Below, one piece after another: positions 1 through 14,511 of a stretch of 64,000 bases of DNA. This DNA comes from Pseudovirgaria hyperparasitica (taxonomy: Eukaryota), in assembly GCA_010093815.1 (NCBI GenBank), contig ML996569.1. One strand, written 5' to 3'. The translations under genes were made by a program, and so were the position numbers. The notes below the pieces were generated by a model. It was not told where the DNA came from. It saw only the letters and a list, made by a program, of their open reading frames with translations, and did not search any database. Numbering within the stretch: the stretch's first letter is position 1; each line of letters begins with the position of its first letter.

Positions 1-2280
1 ACGATATACTTAGCGCTATTAAGATACTTCTAAACGATAAAGCGCCTAGGCTAGATAGAATTCCGAATCGATGCCTTAAGAGGACCATATAGGCGACCTT
101 ACTAATTATAGGCTATATATTCCAAGCGTACGCCCGTATAGGATACCACCTATAGAGCTTCCGAACTATATATATAGTTATACTCCTAAAACTAGGGAAG
201 AGTCTAAATATACTAAAGGGATAGAGGCCGATCACCCTCCTCTCCTACCTTAGTAAGGTACTAGAAGCTATAATTACTAAGAAGATAAGTATAGTAGTAT
301 AGGTATACGGCCTTCTTCTAGTAAACTAGAAGACGAAGATAGAAAGCTCTCTAATTATAGCTATTTAATATATCCTTAAGGTTATCTAGACTATATAGAA
401 ATAAGAACGAGTCGTTACGCTACTCTCTCTAGATATAATAGGGGCATTTAATAAGGTAAACTATATAAGACTTATCTATAACCTCCGGATAAGGCGAATA
501 CCTAAGTAGATTATATAATTTATATAGTCCTTCCTCGCGTAAAGGACTACTTAAATATATATCCCCGGATACCGAAGCGAATATAAGAAGACGGTATATA
601 GTATCCCGTAAGGGAGCACTATCTCCCTAATCCTCTTTCTCTTCTTTATAGTAGACCTCCTTTAGGGAATAGAATATATAGAGATAGTCGGATACGTAGA
701 TAATATATACCTCCTTATAGTCGATAGTAGTACTAGTAGAATATATACACGACTCGAACGAGACCATAAGAAATACGTCTAGTAGGTAAAGCGCCACGGA
801 GTAAAATTCGTACCTAAAAAATACTAGCTTATATACTTTATTAACCGCTATAGAGGATAGGCTACTAGGGAGGGGGTATGTCGCCCCTAAATCGACGCCT
901 TTATAGAACTACTAGTATAGAGTATACGAGCACTCGGCGTTATAATTAATAATAAGCTAAAATAGAGACTATAGGTGGCACACGCCGTCTCTAGAGCCCT
1001 CTAGGTAGAAACCGCTATATACTAGATTACGGTATCTACGTAGGGAATAGCCTAGGATAAGGCGAGATAGCTATACGTCTCCCTAGCACGCCTAGCCTTT
1101 ATATATAGATATAAGTACTAGTATACGGCCCTTATATAAGCTCGGCGAGTAAAGCTTAAGTCTATATAAAACCATATACTCCGCCTTATCTCCGGCATAT
1201 ATAAAGCTACTAACACGACGCTCCTCCAACGCGAGATAAACGTAATAAATATATAGAACTTCTACTAGATATAGAGACTTATATACTTTACTAAATAATA
1301 AGTATAAGAACGTAGAGGAGATAGGGTATATACCTTCGCCGTACTACGTACACGTATCCGCGCGTATTACTAGGCTCTCTCTACTATAGAATAAACTCGA
1401 GTATAATATAAATACTATATAGAGGCGGACTCGAGCTAGACCGTATAGGAGGTTTAAAATAACCCGGATACCGTCCTAAGCTAATAGAGCCCTAAGGAGC
1501 TTAGCCGCGTTATATAGTTATAGATCTAGAATAAATAGAGGGAGGTACTTAAAGTCTAGTAGGCCTCCTAATAGGATAGGTATCTAGAATAGATCTAAGG
1601 GCCTTAGAAGGAACCGAGTAAATAGATATATAAAGGGCTAACGAAGGCCTAAGCATCTATACTCCTCTAAGCCCGAATAGGCGCTATAGGTCTTCTATAT
1701 TACCTCTACTAGAGAGGTATCCTAGATATATCTTTCTAGTACGAGGACTACGGCCGGAGAGGTATAATACGCCACTACCTCGCGACGTGCTCTAGCCTCT
1801 ATACTCTAAGATAAGCCCTCGTCCGTATAACGAGGACCTCTAACATTACGTAATAGCTTAATAAGTACCCTAAGGACGTCGCCCGATAGATACTTATATA
1901 CCTTCCTCTCCCCTAGTTCTAGTAGACCCACGTATATATACTAGAAGAAGCCCGATATATACTAGAAGAACCCTAGTATACGTCGGAAGAACCCCGGGAG
2001 AACCGCGATTATTAGTTAAGGGTAGCCCTTAACTAATAATCTCCGTATCTACACGTGCTACCTAAGGGTAAACTATTATAATATAGGCTATAGGCCTATA
2101 GGTAGCCCCTAGGGCTATATATATATAAAGAACGAGAGGATAGATAGAGCGTAGTTATAGATATAAGGGAGTTTTTTCTATTCGTAGGTTTCTTCTTATA
2201 TAGTAGCTTAGACTAGAGGAGGCATGCGCCTATAGAGTGGTACTCTACCTAGTTTACTAATATTATTATTATTATTATTA
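1..2280 (+). mobile_element. Tad1-like LINE, copy 1 (RT and 3' end; continues left of the window), RIP-inactivated
   Basis: Degenerate RT motifs (IP*GSTISLILF ~602-640; GYVDN for GYADD ~690), C-terminal Cys/His region, (TAT)n tail 2261-2280; inverted near-copy of 7371-~9650. Confidence 0.92.
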
Positions 2281-2458
2281 TACTTCTATATAGTCTCTTA
2301 CTTTCTATTAAAAAAACTTAAGAAAAAAAGAATATATTAATTAGTTATTCTAAGAAAAGCTCTATAATTATATTTTTAAAGTATATAGGAGGGGTAACTT
2401 CTAAAGTACCGAGGTATATAGTAAAGATAGAGAGAAAATAGAGATTTTCTCTACTATC

Positions 2459-2666
2459 TATTATAGAAATACAACATATACATAGATATAAGAGTATTTA
2501 TAGAATATAGTAAGTTTAATAAGAGAGAAAGCTAGAGTCTACTCGGCTTTCTTAAGATATAGAATAGAGTATACTATTAAAAAGGGGCTTACTAAGCTTT
2601 ATTAAGTAAGGAGAGAGTAGTAGTATAGGCGTAGTATACTAGCGTTAAGTATACCTAGGGTCTACC
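2459..2666 (-). repeat. Family D left (3') LTR, interrupted 7 nt from its right end by Gypsy A1
   Basis: 208 nt colinear with 34607-34814. Confidence 0.8.
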
Positions 2667-2894
2667 TGTTAGGACTTAGCCTTAGGTAGGACCCGACCTA
2701 CATGTACCTTAGCTAACAGGGTTAGGAGGTAACGTGAAGGGCGGTAAATAGTCACGTGCTAGATAGATCGGCGTCCCTTTATATATATACTCTCAGATTC
2801 CTACCAAAAGGGTTCAGTAGTAATTCATTCTATAATAGAATACACCCTATTATTCTATCTAACTATACTACTATCTAATAACTCTATTCTTATA
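2667..2894 (+). repeat. Family A 5' LTR (228 bp)
   Basis: Starts TGTTAGGAC; matches 18769-18996 and 33972-34199. Confidence 0.95.
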
Positions 2895-5800
2895 TTCGAA
2901 TTACTCCCTATATAGTACTATAGTTAAGATAGTCTAACTAGAACTAAGAAGGTCGACACGATCTACTATAGGGATAAGTAATACTATATTAAATAATAGG
3001 GATCCTCTATAATTAGTATTAATTCTAGCCGTTTCTAACTAAGAAGTAGAAATATTAGACTGAATTACGGAGCTTTTAGATGAAGAAATGGTAGAGACGC
3101 CGAGTAACTTCTAATAATATAAAGCTAGATAACGAGTTGTGGCGGAGCCACGTAAGGTATTATAATAAACCATCGCTAAACTTTAGGAATACATCGCGAA
3201 TTAGGCTCGAGAGATTTAAACTCTTAAAGAATAGGTAGAACGCGCGAAACTCCTCGCAAAGAGATAAGAACTTAAGGAGTCTCTTAAAGAACTACGCCGA
3301 ACGATAGTAGGTGGACGACTTCCTATACCAATTCAGGCGGAATTAGTTTACCTACCATTAGAGTTATAATAATCTACTATATACCCGGCCGCTTCGTTAC
3401 CGATTTACCCTACTCCTTCCCTAGGTATACTAAAACCTAAAGACCCGACTATATTTATAGGGAAGAACTAAAAGAAGTAGAAAGACTAGAAGAGAGACTA
3501 TAAAAAGTACTTCCTCGATAACCCTCTACTCTTTTCTACTAAAGTATAACGTATTTCGTTCGGAGAACAATACCTAGACTTATAATCCCACGATTAATAG
3601 GATAGATAGAAGGAAGTATAGCTACTATCTACGATAACCTAGAAACATTTAGCTATATTTATACTAAACACCCTTAGAACGGATAGAGAACGTGAAAGAA
3701 AGGCACTATCTAAGTTAAGAAGCGTGGTATAACGACCGAACTAGACACCTACTTAACTACTATAATACCTCTAAAACCTATAGGATAATATCCCTATACT
3801 ATAGAAAAATATTTATATATTCTAGTTTTATGAAGTACTACTTCCGTTAATCCACGAAAGACTAGAAATAGTATTATTAAGTTTTAACCATCTATACGAA
3901 TTAGAGAAGAAAGCTAATAAATACTACCGCATCCTTAAGAAACGCGGCTCTCTAGGTAAAACCGACGAACTATACACGGGTTAGAAACGAGGTCGATTAA
4001 ATACGTTCGATTAAGAGTAACCTTACTACGATTAGCGCTAGAAGAGCGTAAATCGGGGTAGAAACGCGTTAAGAGGACACTAAAATAATCAAGGCGGTAC
4101 TTCTTAACACGGAAAAGAATAAGGCATAGACTTAAATATAACGCCTATCGTAAAATAGTAGGATTATAGCGCACTTCGTTACTATAAGTATAGAGAAATA
4201 GAATATATTTTACCTAACTATAAGAATCTAAAAAAAGAATAGACTAGTATACGAGACCTAACCACGTTCTTAGCTAAATTATATATACTTAGAAGGAGCC
4301 GTAGCGCCTTCCGGCGAGTAAAGACCTAATATTACTAAAAGTATCGTTACCTATAGTAAATGGTAATAAAACTATATAGGCCCTCGTGGACACTAGTATA
4401 GAAGATAACTATATTTCGTCGATTCTCGTAAAGGAGTATAGATTATTATATAATCTCGGTAAAGTTAGCCGAACTATCGTAGTTAATAGATATAAAGTTA
4501 GAACTTTAGGTAAAGCTATAACGAATTACGAAGTTCATAACTCGAAGATAATAAAATAGTAGATATCTAATAAATTTATTATAGCTAATATTAGCTAATA
4601 GAATATGATTCTAGGGATACCTTAGCTTAGACGCCTAAACCCTATCCTTAATTTTTAGAAGGAGATATTAACGTTCCAATGATACCGTAGTAAATTATAC
4701 TAGTAAGTCGTAACTATTAGTAAGGAGGCATGGAACCTCGCCGTACGGACCCGATTATCGCTAATCTATCTTACGTCCTTATCGATTATCAATAAAGACG
4801 AGGATAATAGTAATAATTAGGGCGAAGATACGCTACCTAACGTATATTCATAGTATACGGATATATTTTTAGTAGGAGATACGTTACTTCTCCCTAATCA
4901 CAGGCTATATAAGCTAAAGATTAAGCTTAAAGAGAGAGTAGACGTCCCTTATAGCCTACTTTACCTACTTTCGAGACTAGAACTTAAAGTTCTTTATAAA
5001 TATATTAAAGAATATCTCGAAAGAGGCTAGATACGTCGTAGTATGTTATCGGCCGGCGTATCTATTCTCTTTATAAAGAAGAAAGACGGAAGTTTACATC
5101 TATACGTTAACTATCAGGCACTAAATATAGTGACTAAGAAGAATCGTTATCTATTACCGCTAGTTAGTAAATCTTTAGACTAATTAATAAAGGTAAAGTA
5201 CTTTATAAAGCTAGATTTATAAGATATATATTACTAGCTTCGAATTCGTTACGGAGATGAGTAGAAAACCGCATTTCGGACTAGATATAGTTATTTTAAG
5301 TATACTATTATACCATTCGGGCTAATAAATGCGCTAGGAGCGTTTTAAGGATATATTAATACTATACTCATAGGATTACTTAATATAATTTACGTAGTTT
5401 ATCTTAATAATATACTAATTTACTCTGATAGTATATAGAATTATAAAGAACACGTGAAATCGGTACTAAATCGTCTAAGGTAGTATAAACTCTACGTAAA
5501 ATTATCTAAATGCGAGTTTCACTAATAAGAAGTTAGGTTTCTCGGCTTTATTATAATATATAGCGGCCTAAAAATAGAGCCGGAGCGTATAAAGACCATC
5601 ATGGAATAGCTAGAACCTACTACTATATATTAAATTAGAATATTCATAGGTTTCGTGAACTATTATCGTAAATTCATTATAGACTTCTTACGAATTACGG
5701 CGCCGCTTAATAAACTCATAGAGAATAGCGGTAAAATCTCTATAGGTAGGCGAGTATAGCGTAAAGCTAAGTCGGTCGAGATATAGTTAACGCCGGAAGC

Positions 5801-7370
5801 GCGAGATACGTTCTAATTATTAAAGAATTATTTTATAACTACGCCGATTCTTAGGTATTTCGATTCTAAGAAGTATATTTAGGTCGAAACTAACGCGTTA
5901 GGATTCGTAATTACTAGAATTATTAGTTAACCGTATAAAGATACGAAAGATAAGGTGTAATAGTACCTAGTCGCTTTCTTTTCCTATAAAATAGTAGATA
6001 TAGAGACGCGTTATAACACGTACGACTAGGAACTACTTATAATTATTAAGAGTTTTAAGTAATAGTAATATTATTTAGAAGGCTCCGTATATTAGATCAA
6101 ATTATTATTAGATTACATAAATCTACATTACTTTATATCAACTAAGGTCCTTAATCGCTAATAAGTACGTTAGGCTAAGTAGATATTAATATTTAACTTT
6201 AAAATCTTATATAAAGCTAGAAGAGAGAATAAAGCTAATCCTCTATCGCGGTATAAAGATTATAAGAAATCGTTATAGAATAACGTAGATAGTCGGTATA
6301 ATTTAGACTATACTATACTTTAGATACTATAAGACTAGTTATCTAATAGAATACTAGAAGCTAGGACACTTTCGGCGATTCTCCGCAAGAATTAGAGCGG
6401 GTATTAAGTAATCTAAATAAACGTCTAAGAAACTAAGAAAACCCTTAAAGACTTAATTAAATCTACCTAGAATTCCGATATATTAGTAAAGAAAGTTATA
6501 AGCATGAAAGGAAGCGCTATAGATCCGCCGTAGTTATTAAGGTAGGAACGATAATTAGATACGATCTACTTCTAAGGCCGACTCTACGTACCGGAAGGCG
6601 GCTTACGAATCGATATTTTAAGGGAATAGCATGATTACGCGTTAGTAGGGTACTTTAGCGTTATAAGGACGGTTAATTTAATCTAAAGGACGTACGACTA
6701 GCCGGGTCTTTATAAATATATAAAAGACTACGTAAAAACGTATAACGTTTACTAGTATACAAAAGTATATAGACACTTACTATATAGCGAATTAAGGCCA
6801 TTACCTATGCTAAAGGAGGTATAGAAGGAATTATCGATAGATTTTATTATAGATCTACCTCTAAGTAAGTATTCTAGGTATATTTATAATAGTTTACTTA
6901 TAGTTCTAGATAGATTTATAAAGATATTATACTATATCCCTATAAGGAAGACGATCTAAGTACCGGATCTTATAGATATACTACTCCGTGACGTAGTCCG
7001 GCTCTATAGTATACTAAACGGTATAGTTTCGAATAGAGGTCTATAGATAACGTCTAAATTTTAGAAGGATTTCTACTATACGCTAGGAATTAAGCGGAAA
7101 CTTAGTACTATATTCTATCTATAAATAGATAGGTAGACGGAGCGGTAGAATTAGATAGTCGAGGCGTATTTATATATATATTATAACTATAAGTAGAATA
7201 ACTAGGTAAGGTTAGTCTATGTCGCGGAATTCGCGTATAATAATAGCCGATATATATTAACCTACGTAAGTCCGTTCGAAGTAAACTTTGGTCGGAACTA
7301 TAATATATAGTTCTTAGGGACTTAGTTTAAAGTAGAACGACCTAATATTAAAGTAATAGAAATTACTATA
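2667..7370 (+). mobile_element. Ty3/Gypsy retrotransposon family A, copy A1 (5' LTR, gag, PR, RT, RNase H, most of IN; 3' end missing)
   Basis: LTR 2667-2894; RIPed zinc knuckle ~4175-4222; protease ALVDT ~4380; RT YLNNILIYS (YLDD) ~5400; RNase H VETNA ~5883; integrase motifs 6630-7300; colinear with 18769-22695 plus 30744-31520. Confidence 0.95.
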
Positions 7371-10300
7371 ATAATAATAATAATAATATTAGTAAACTAG
7401 GTAGAGTACCACTCTATAGGCGCATGCCTCCTCTAGTCTAAGCTACTATATAAGAAGAAACCTACGAATAGAAAAAACTCCCTTATATCTATAACTACGC
7501 TCTATCTATCCTCTCGTTCTTTATATATATATAGCCCTAGGGGCTACCTATAGGCCTATAGCCTATATTATAATAGTTTACCCTTAGGTAGCACGTGTAG
7601 ATACGGAGATTATTAGTTAAGGGCTACCCTTAACTAATAATCGCGGTTCTCCCGGGGTTCTTCCGACGTATACTAGGGTTCTTCTAGTATATATCGGGCT
7701 TCTTCTAGTATATATACGTGGGTCTACTAGAACTAGGGGAGAGGAAGGTATATAAGTATCTATCGGGCGACGTCCTTAGGGTACTTATTAAGCTATTACG
7801 TAATGTTAGAGGTCCTCGTTATACGGACGAGGGCTTATCTTAGAGTATAGAGGCTAGAGCACGTCGCGAGGTAGTGGCGTATTATACCTCTCCGGCCGTA
7901 GTCCTCGTACTAGAAAGATATATCTAGGATACCTCTCTAGTAGAGGTAATATAGGAGACCTATAGCGCCTATTCGGGCTTAGAGGAGTATAGATGCTTAG
8001 GCCTTCGTTAGCCCTTTATATATCTATTTACTTAGTTCCTTCTAAGGCCCTCGGATCTATTCTAGATATCTATTCTATTAGGAGGCCTACTAGGCTTTAA
8101 GTACCTCCCTCTATTTATTCTAGATCTATAACCGTATAACGCGGCTAAGCTCCTTAGGGCTCTATTAGCTTAGGATAGTATCTAGGTTATTTTAAACCTT
8201 CTATACGGTCTAGCTCGAGTCTACCTCTATATAGTATTTATATTATACTCGAGTTTATTCTATAGTAGGGAGGGCCTAGTAATACGCGCGGATACGTGTG
8301 CGTAGTACGGCGAAGATATATACCCTATCTCCTCCACGTTCTTATACTTATTATTTAGTAAAGTATATAAGTCTCTATATCTAGTAGAAGTTCTATATAC
8401 TCGTTATATTTATCTCGTGTTAGAGGAGCGTCGTGTTAGTAGCTTTATATACGCCGGAGATAAGGCGGAGTATACGGTTTTATATAGACTTAAGCTTTAC
8501 CCGCCGAGCTTATATAAGGGCCGTGTACTAGCACTCGTATCTATATATAAAGGCTAGGCGTGCTAGAGAGACGTATAGCTGTCTCGCCTTATCCCGGGCT
8601 ATTCTCTACGTAGATGCCGTAATCCGGCGTATAGCGGTTTCTACCTAGAGGGCTCTAGAGACGGCGTGTGCCACCTATGGTCCCTATTTTAGCTTATTAT
8701 TAATCATGACGCCGAGTGCTTATATACTCTATGTTGGTGGTTCTATAAAGGCGTCGATTTAGGGGCGATATACCCTCTCCCTAGTAGCCTATCCTCTATA
8801 GCGGTTGATAAAGTATATAAGCTAGTATTTTTTAGGTGCGAATTTTACTCTATAGCGCTTTATCTACTAGATATATTTCTCGTGGTCTTATTCGAGTCGT
8901 GTATATATTCTACTAGTACTACTATTAACCGCGAGGAGGTATGTATCGTCCGCGTATCCGACTACCTCTATATATTCTATTCTCTAAAGAAGGTCTACTA
9001 TAAAGAAGAGGAAGAGGATTAGGGAGATAGTACTCCCTTACGGGATGCCATATACTATCTCCTTATATTCGCTTCGGTATCCGGGGATATATATTTAAGT
9101 AGTCCTTTACGCGAGGAAGGACTATATAAATCATATAATCTACTTAGGTATTCGCCTTATCCGGAGGTTATAGATAAGTCTTATATAGTTTACCTTATTA
9201 AACGCCCCTACTATGTCTAGGGAGAGTAGCGTAACGACTCGTCCTTATTTCTATATAGTCTAGATAACCTCGAGGATGTGTTAAATAGCTATAATTAGGG
9301 AGCTTCCTACCTTCGCCTTCTAGTTTACTAGGAGAAGACCGTGTACCTATACTACTATACTTATCTTCTTAGTAATCGTGGCTTCTAGTACCTTACTAAG
9401 GTAGGAGAGAAGGGTAATCGGCCTCCATCCCTTCGGCGTATTTAGGCTCTTCCCTAGTTTTAGGAGTATAACTATGTATATAGTTCGGAAGCTCTATAGG
9501 TGGTATCCTATACGGGCGCACGCTCGGAATATATAGCCTATAATTAGTAAGGTCGCCTATATGGTCCTCTTAAGGCATCGATTTAGAATTCTATCTAGCC
9601 TAGGCGCTTTATCGTTCGGGAGTGTCTTAATAGCGCCGAGTATATTATTATCTATAATTTCCCTAGGGATACTCACGGCTTCCGGGTATTCCGTGCCGTT
9701 AATATCTAATAGGTCTACGGGTTCTAGGAGAGGGAATATAACCTCTTATAGGATCTCTATTTTCTCGAGGCTCGTAGAGTACGTCTTTTCTTAATATATA
9801 AGGGGGGGTATAAGTAGTATAGGTGTCGGGGAGGCGGTACTTTTAGCCTATTTTACCATATGCCATAGTCTAGTAGTATTACGTGTGTGTCTATCCGTGA
9901 CTATATACTACTATTTATATCGCTCGTTACGGAGGACCTTATCTCGTTATCTTCTCGCCTCTCTCTATTTATTCTACGCTTTAGATATATAGTTATAGTA
10001 TACACGTATATATAATCTCCGGACTTCTCGCCTATGCTCTTATACTTAAGGTATGCTTTTTAGGTCTAGGGGTCTATATATTCGGTACGGTACGTGTTTA
10101 TCTCTTACTCCCTAGTACGCCTATAGGAGTATATTCACGGCCTGGTTAATGGCCGGGCCATTAGATACGTCGACTATAGACGGGTCTAGGATCGTTAATT
10201 CCAGGTCCTTTAGGTACTTTTCCTAGTTAGTATCCTTCTATAGCTATCGCCCTCGTTAGTCTTAAGGGGTAGATACGTCTATTACGGTCTCTATATATTT

Positions 10301-12653
10301 ATAGTTGGAGTCTATCTATATAAGGCTTGGGCGGTAGTATTAAGTCCTATTATAAATATATCTAGTAGCTAGGGTAAGGTCGAGTATGGATCCGCCCTTA
10401 TCTTATTTATATTTTCGCTAGGTAATCTATCCTACTAGTATAAGAAGGTATAGGAAGCCGTGGTATTAGATATATAGTTCTCTAGCTCGAAGCTCTTCGC
10501 GGGTAATGGTTAGTCTACCCTACTAGCTATAATAGAGGTTAAAGTCTCCTAGGAGGATATATTATCCTAGCTTAGTAGTACCCTTAAGTATATTATCCGC
10601 CTAAAGCAATCGGTTCTAATTATATATATTATGTATATGGAGGGGTCCGATATTTATCTAGAGGTGTAGTATTATCCGGAGGTTATCCCGTTTAGTATAC
10701 GACTATAATAAGAGTAGAATAGACTTATAGACATGGAAGAGGACTCTCCTCTCCGGTCCTAGGGGGTGTATTATATAATATCCTAGGTGTGTTATTAGTT
10801 TATTCGTCTAGTAGTGTTTATATAGCTTCTATATAGCGAGTATTATAGCTCCGGTCTCCTTAAGGAGTGTCGCCTAGTTCTTACGTTTATACTATACGTT
10901 TACCTATATAATTAGGAGTATATCTTAGTCTCTTATTAGGTGCTAGGGAATATATAGGCCTATATATTTATTCCTCTAAGACGCGACTATCCTCGTACGG
11001 CGGCGGCCTTAGTAATTCCTTAGGGCCGTTCTATTATTAGCTTTCTCGGGACGGTTTACTATTCCTAACCGCTTCCTCGTGAGGAGGTAGTCTATAGTAG
11101 TAGTATTATAGTAAAGAGAGGAATGGTAGTAGGTCGCATCGTTTATAGCTACCTTACTCCCTTTATCCGGATTAAGTAGATATATTTAGTAACCTATTTA
11201 TGTTTCGCGTACGTAGCCGACCACGACGGGTACTTACCGTTATAGTTAGAGTACTTCGCCGTGTCTCTATCCCTCTAGCCCTCTTCTTATATCCCGTGGG
11301 GATACTCCTAGGTACTATGTTCTTATTAATACTACCTATACCTAGTCTTTTAGGAGTACCGCTATGCCGTGTACCCGTATCCCTAATAGTTAAAGTACTA
11401 TGTTATCGCCTATGCTCTATCCCATGGTTCCACTATAAGAAGCTCCCCTTCCGCTAGGAATCCCTCTTACATGATTTAATACGCGAGGGCGGGGTCCTTA
11501 AGCTCTACTATTATAGTAGAGTATACCTTTAATCTAGTTTTAATCCCTTATATATTCTTCTACCATGCTCTTACGATCTTAATCCCTAGGTATTTTTGCT
11601 CGTTTAACTATTCTATCCGCGTAATGTCCTCTTCTCTAATAACCTATCCGCTTATAGATATAGAGTATATCTATATTAGATATATAGCCGCCCTAATAGA
11701 GGCGCCTAGAAAGATACTACTAATCGCGTTCGGATCACGCGAGATAGTCTACTATATAATATTTATTATCGTGGTAAGTACTACTCCTTCTAGCGTGAGT
11801 TTGGCGGTAATAACGTTTAACTTTATTCTCTTTTATTCGTTAATCTTACTTACTATATCCTTTAGGGATGCTTACTAGACCTATGCTAGGGTATTCTTAT
11901 CCTAGATTACGACGCGTATACTATACGCCGCGTCGCCGGTCTAGGGGGCCCGTAGTATAGCCTCCGATATTACTACTATTTATATCTATATACTAGGGCG
12001 CTTACCTTAAGTAAGTTCCTCCTAGATTCTACGTAGGCTAGCCTCTATTCGGTTAAGTCTATCCTCCGGTCCTTCTAGTTATATCTTCTTCTTCTCCTCC
12101 GTAATTCCCTTTAGATTCCGGATAAGGTCCTAGAATATATATAGAAGGGTCTTCTAGCCCTCTCCGGCTTCCTTCTCTATATATACTATCTAGTAGTTAA
12201 TATAATCTAGGAGGGTTTCCCCTCTTAGGGTCCCCTTTATTCTATCTATCTATAGCGGCGTACGCCTTTAGGTGTATTCTACGTTTTAGATAGGTGTATA
12301 GTTACTCTCGGTAATGTCGCTATATGGCCTTTTCTATCGTACCGGTGGGGGTATATCCGGTATATACCGGGGTATATCGGTACCTAAGGCCGCTATATTT
12401 ATTAGTTAAGGGCTACCCTTAACTAATAAAAGGGGGTCGGCGTATTAGCGTTCTAGTAGCGTGGTCCGTACCTCTATCTCCGTGAGGATTTTAAGAGGGT
12501 ATGTATATATCTTTACACGGCGATAACGTCTTGGTTTCGACGCTACACGTACGTGCGTGTAGTAGTAGTTAGTGTACTCGGTATACTCTATCGATTAAGG
12601 TATGTATCTCGCTATATTACCCCGAATGGACTAAGTTGGCCTCTTAGGGATGT
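7371..12653 (-). mobile_element. Tad1-like LINE, copy 2, apparently full length (ORF1 gag-like, ORF2 APE endonuclease + RT), RIP-inactivated
   Basis: (ATA)n tail 7371-7390; RT GYADDT ~8942-8960; APE motifs ILLGDFNL ~10535-10558 and GSILDL ~10377-10394 on minus strand; ORF1-like region ~11000-12350; 5' boundary approximate. Confidence 0.92.
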
Positions 12654-14511
12654 AAAAGAAGTTTTTATTAAAGAATATTAATAGCGGAGTATAGTCTAAT
12701 TTTATCTCTCTAAACATAGTAGATAAACTAAAAATACCTTATAATAGTAAAGAAGAACTATATAAGCTATCTACGTTTAAAGAACTTAATATAGAATATA
12801 CTAATAGAATAGTATACTTAGAAATAGAATCTCTAGATTTCGTCTTAATAGTAGGACACTAGTAATTACGACTAGATATAGCGGAACTAGAATAATATAA
12901 CTTAATCCTAGGAATACTATAGCTCGAAGAAGTTAACCCCACGATTAACTAGAAAACCAAGGAAATTATACCCTAGGGAATATTAAGACCCTTAGAAACT
13001 ATTAAAGAAGAAGTAGAGATTAATAAACCTATAAAGGCGCTAACGACTAGAAAGTCTATTTACTATATTTAGAAGCTTAACGATAAGTAAAGTAATATAA
13101 AGAGCGGACCCTTACGTAAGAAATATATAGTATAATAAGGTACGTCTATAGATAAATAGATTTAAAAAATAAATAACGTACTTATACTAAAGGAATACTA
13201 CTAATACTATATTATCTTTAAAGAAGAACTTAAGACGGGACTACTAAAGCGTAGGCTATATAATTATATAATAATACTCTAACTAGAAATAGTACCTACG
13301 TTTAAAAGTATATACTAACTTACTAAAAAATAACTAGAGATAACGCGATAATATATTAAAAAAATAGAAGTAAAGGGATATATCCGACCCTCTAAATTAT
13401 CTACCGGATATCTAATACTCTTTATACTAAAGAAAGATAGGAGCGAACGACCCTATATAGACTATTAATACTTAAATAATATTACCGTTAAAAATAGATA
13501 CCCTCTACCCTAAATTAATAAATTATAGAACTAATTCGCGGAAGCTTAGTACTTTACTATAATAGACTTACGAGGAGCCTATAACCTTATATATATAGTA
13601 GAAGGAGATAAATGGAAAATAGCTTTTCGGACTTAATACGGCCACTATAAATATCTAGTAATACTATTTAGGCTAACTAATATACTAGCTATATTCTAAG
13701 TACTAATTAATAACGTGCTAAGAGAATACCTCGACTACTTTATAATCGTCTACCTAGACGATATATTAATTTATTTAAGAAACCTATCGGAGTATAGAGA
13801 ATATATATATAAGGTACTTTAGAAATTATAGATAGTAAATCTACTAGTAGAGTTAAAGAAGAGTATCTTCTATATATAGAAAGTTATATTTTTAGAATTT
13901 AAGATAATATCTAGAGAAATACGAATAGACCTAAAGAAAATTAAGGCTATTAAAAACTAGAAGTAACCTAAGATAGTTAAGGAAATCTAAGGATTTACCG
14001 GATTCACGAACTTTTATAGAAAATTTATATATAACTATTCTATAAAAACGGCCCTACTACACGAGCTTATAAAGAAAAATATAATATTTAAATAGGGACT
14101 AAAGTAAGAATAAGCATTTTAATAATTAAAAGAGTCTATTATAACTAAACCTATATTAAAGATATATTAAATAGAAAAACCCTATAAAGTTAAGATAGAT
14201 ATATTAGAATTTACTATCGGAGGGTAGTTAACCTAGATAGACGAATAAGGGAAAAGATACTCTATAGTATTTTACTCCCGAAAGTTCCGAGGGTTAGAAA
14301 TAAACTAGCTAATCTATAAAAAAGAACTCTATACTATTATTAAATACCTTAAGGAATAGAGAAGCTACCTCTATAGATTAGGCTATATAGTAAAGGTATA
14401 TACTAACTATAAAAACCTAACTACCTTTACTACCACGAAAGAACTCCGAAAGAAATAAATTAGTTAGTATAAGCTTCTTATAGAATTTAATATCTAAATT
14501 ATATACTATAA

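Noticed and set aside
1935..2000. Three ~21-nt tandem units and (TAT)n runs resembling a CRISPR array or telomere
   Set aside because: Internal LINE repeats and LINE tails; no unique spacers, eukaryotic context, no TTAGGG arrays
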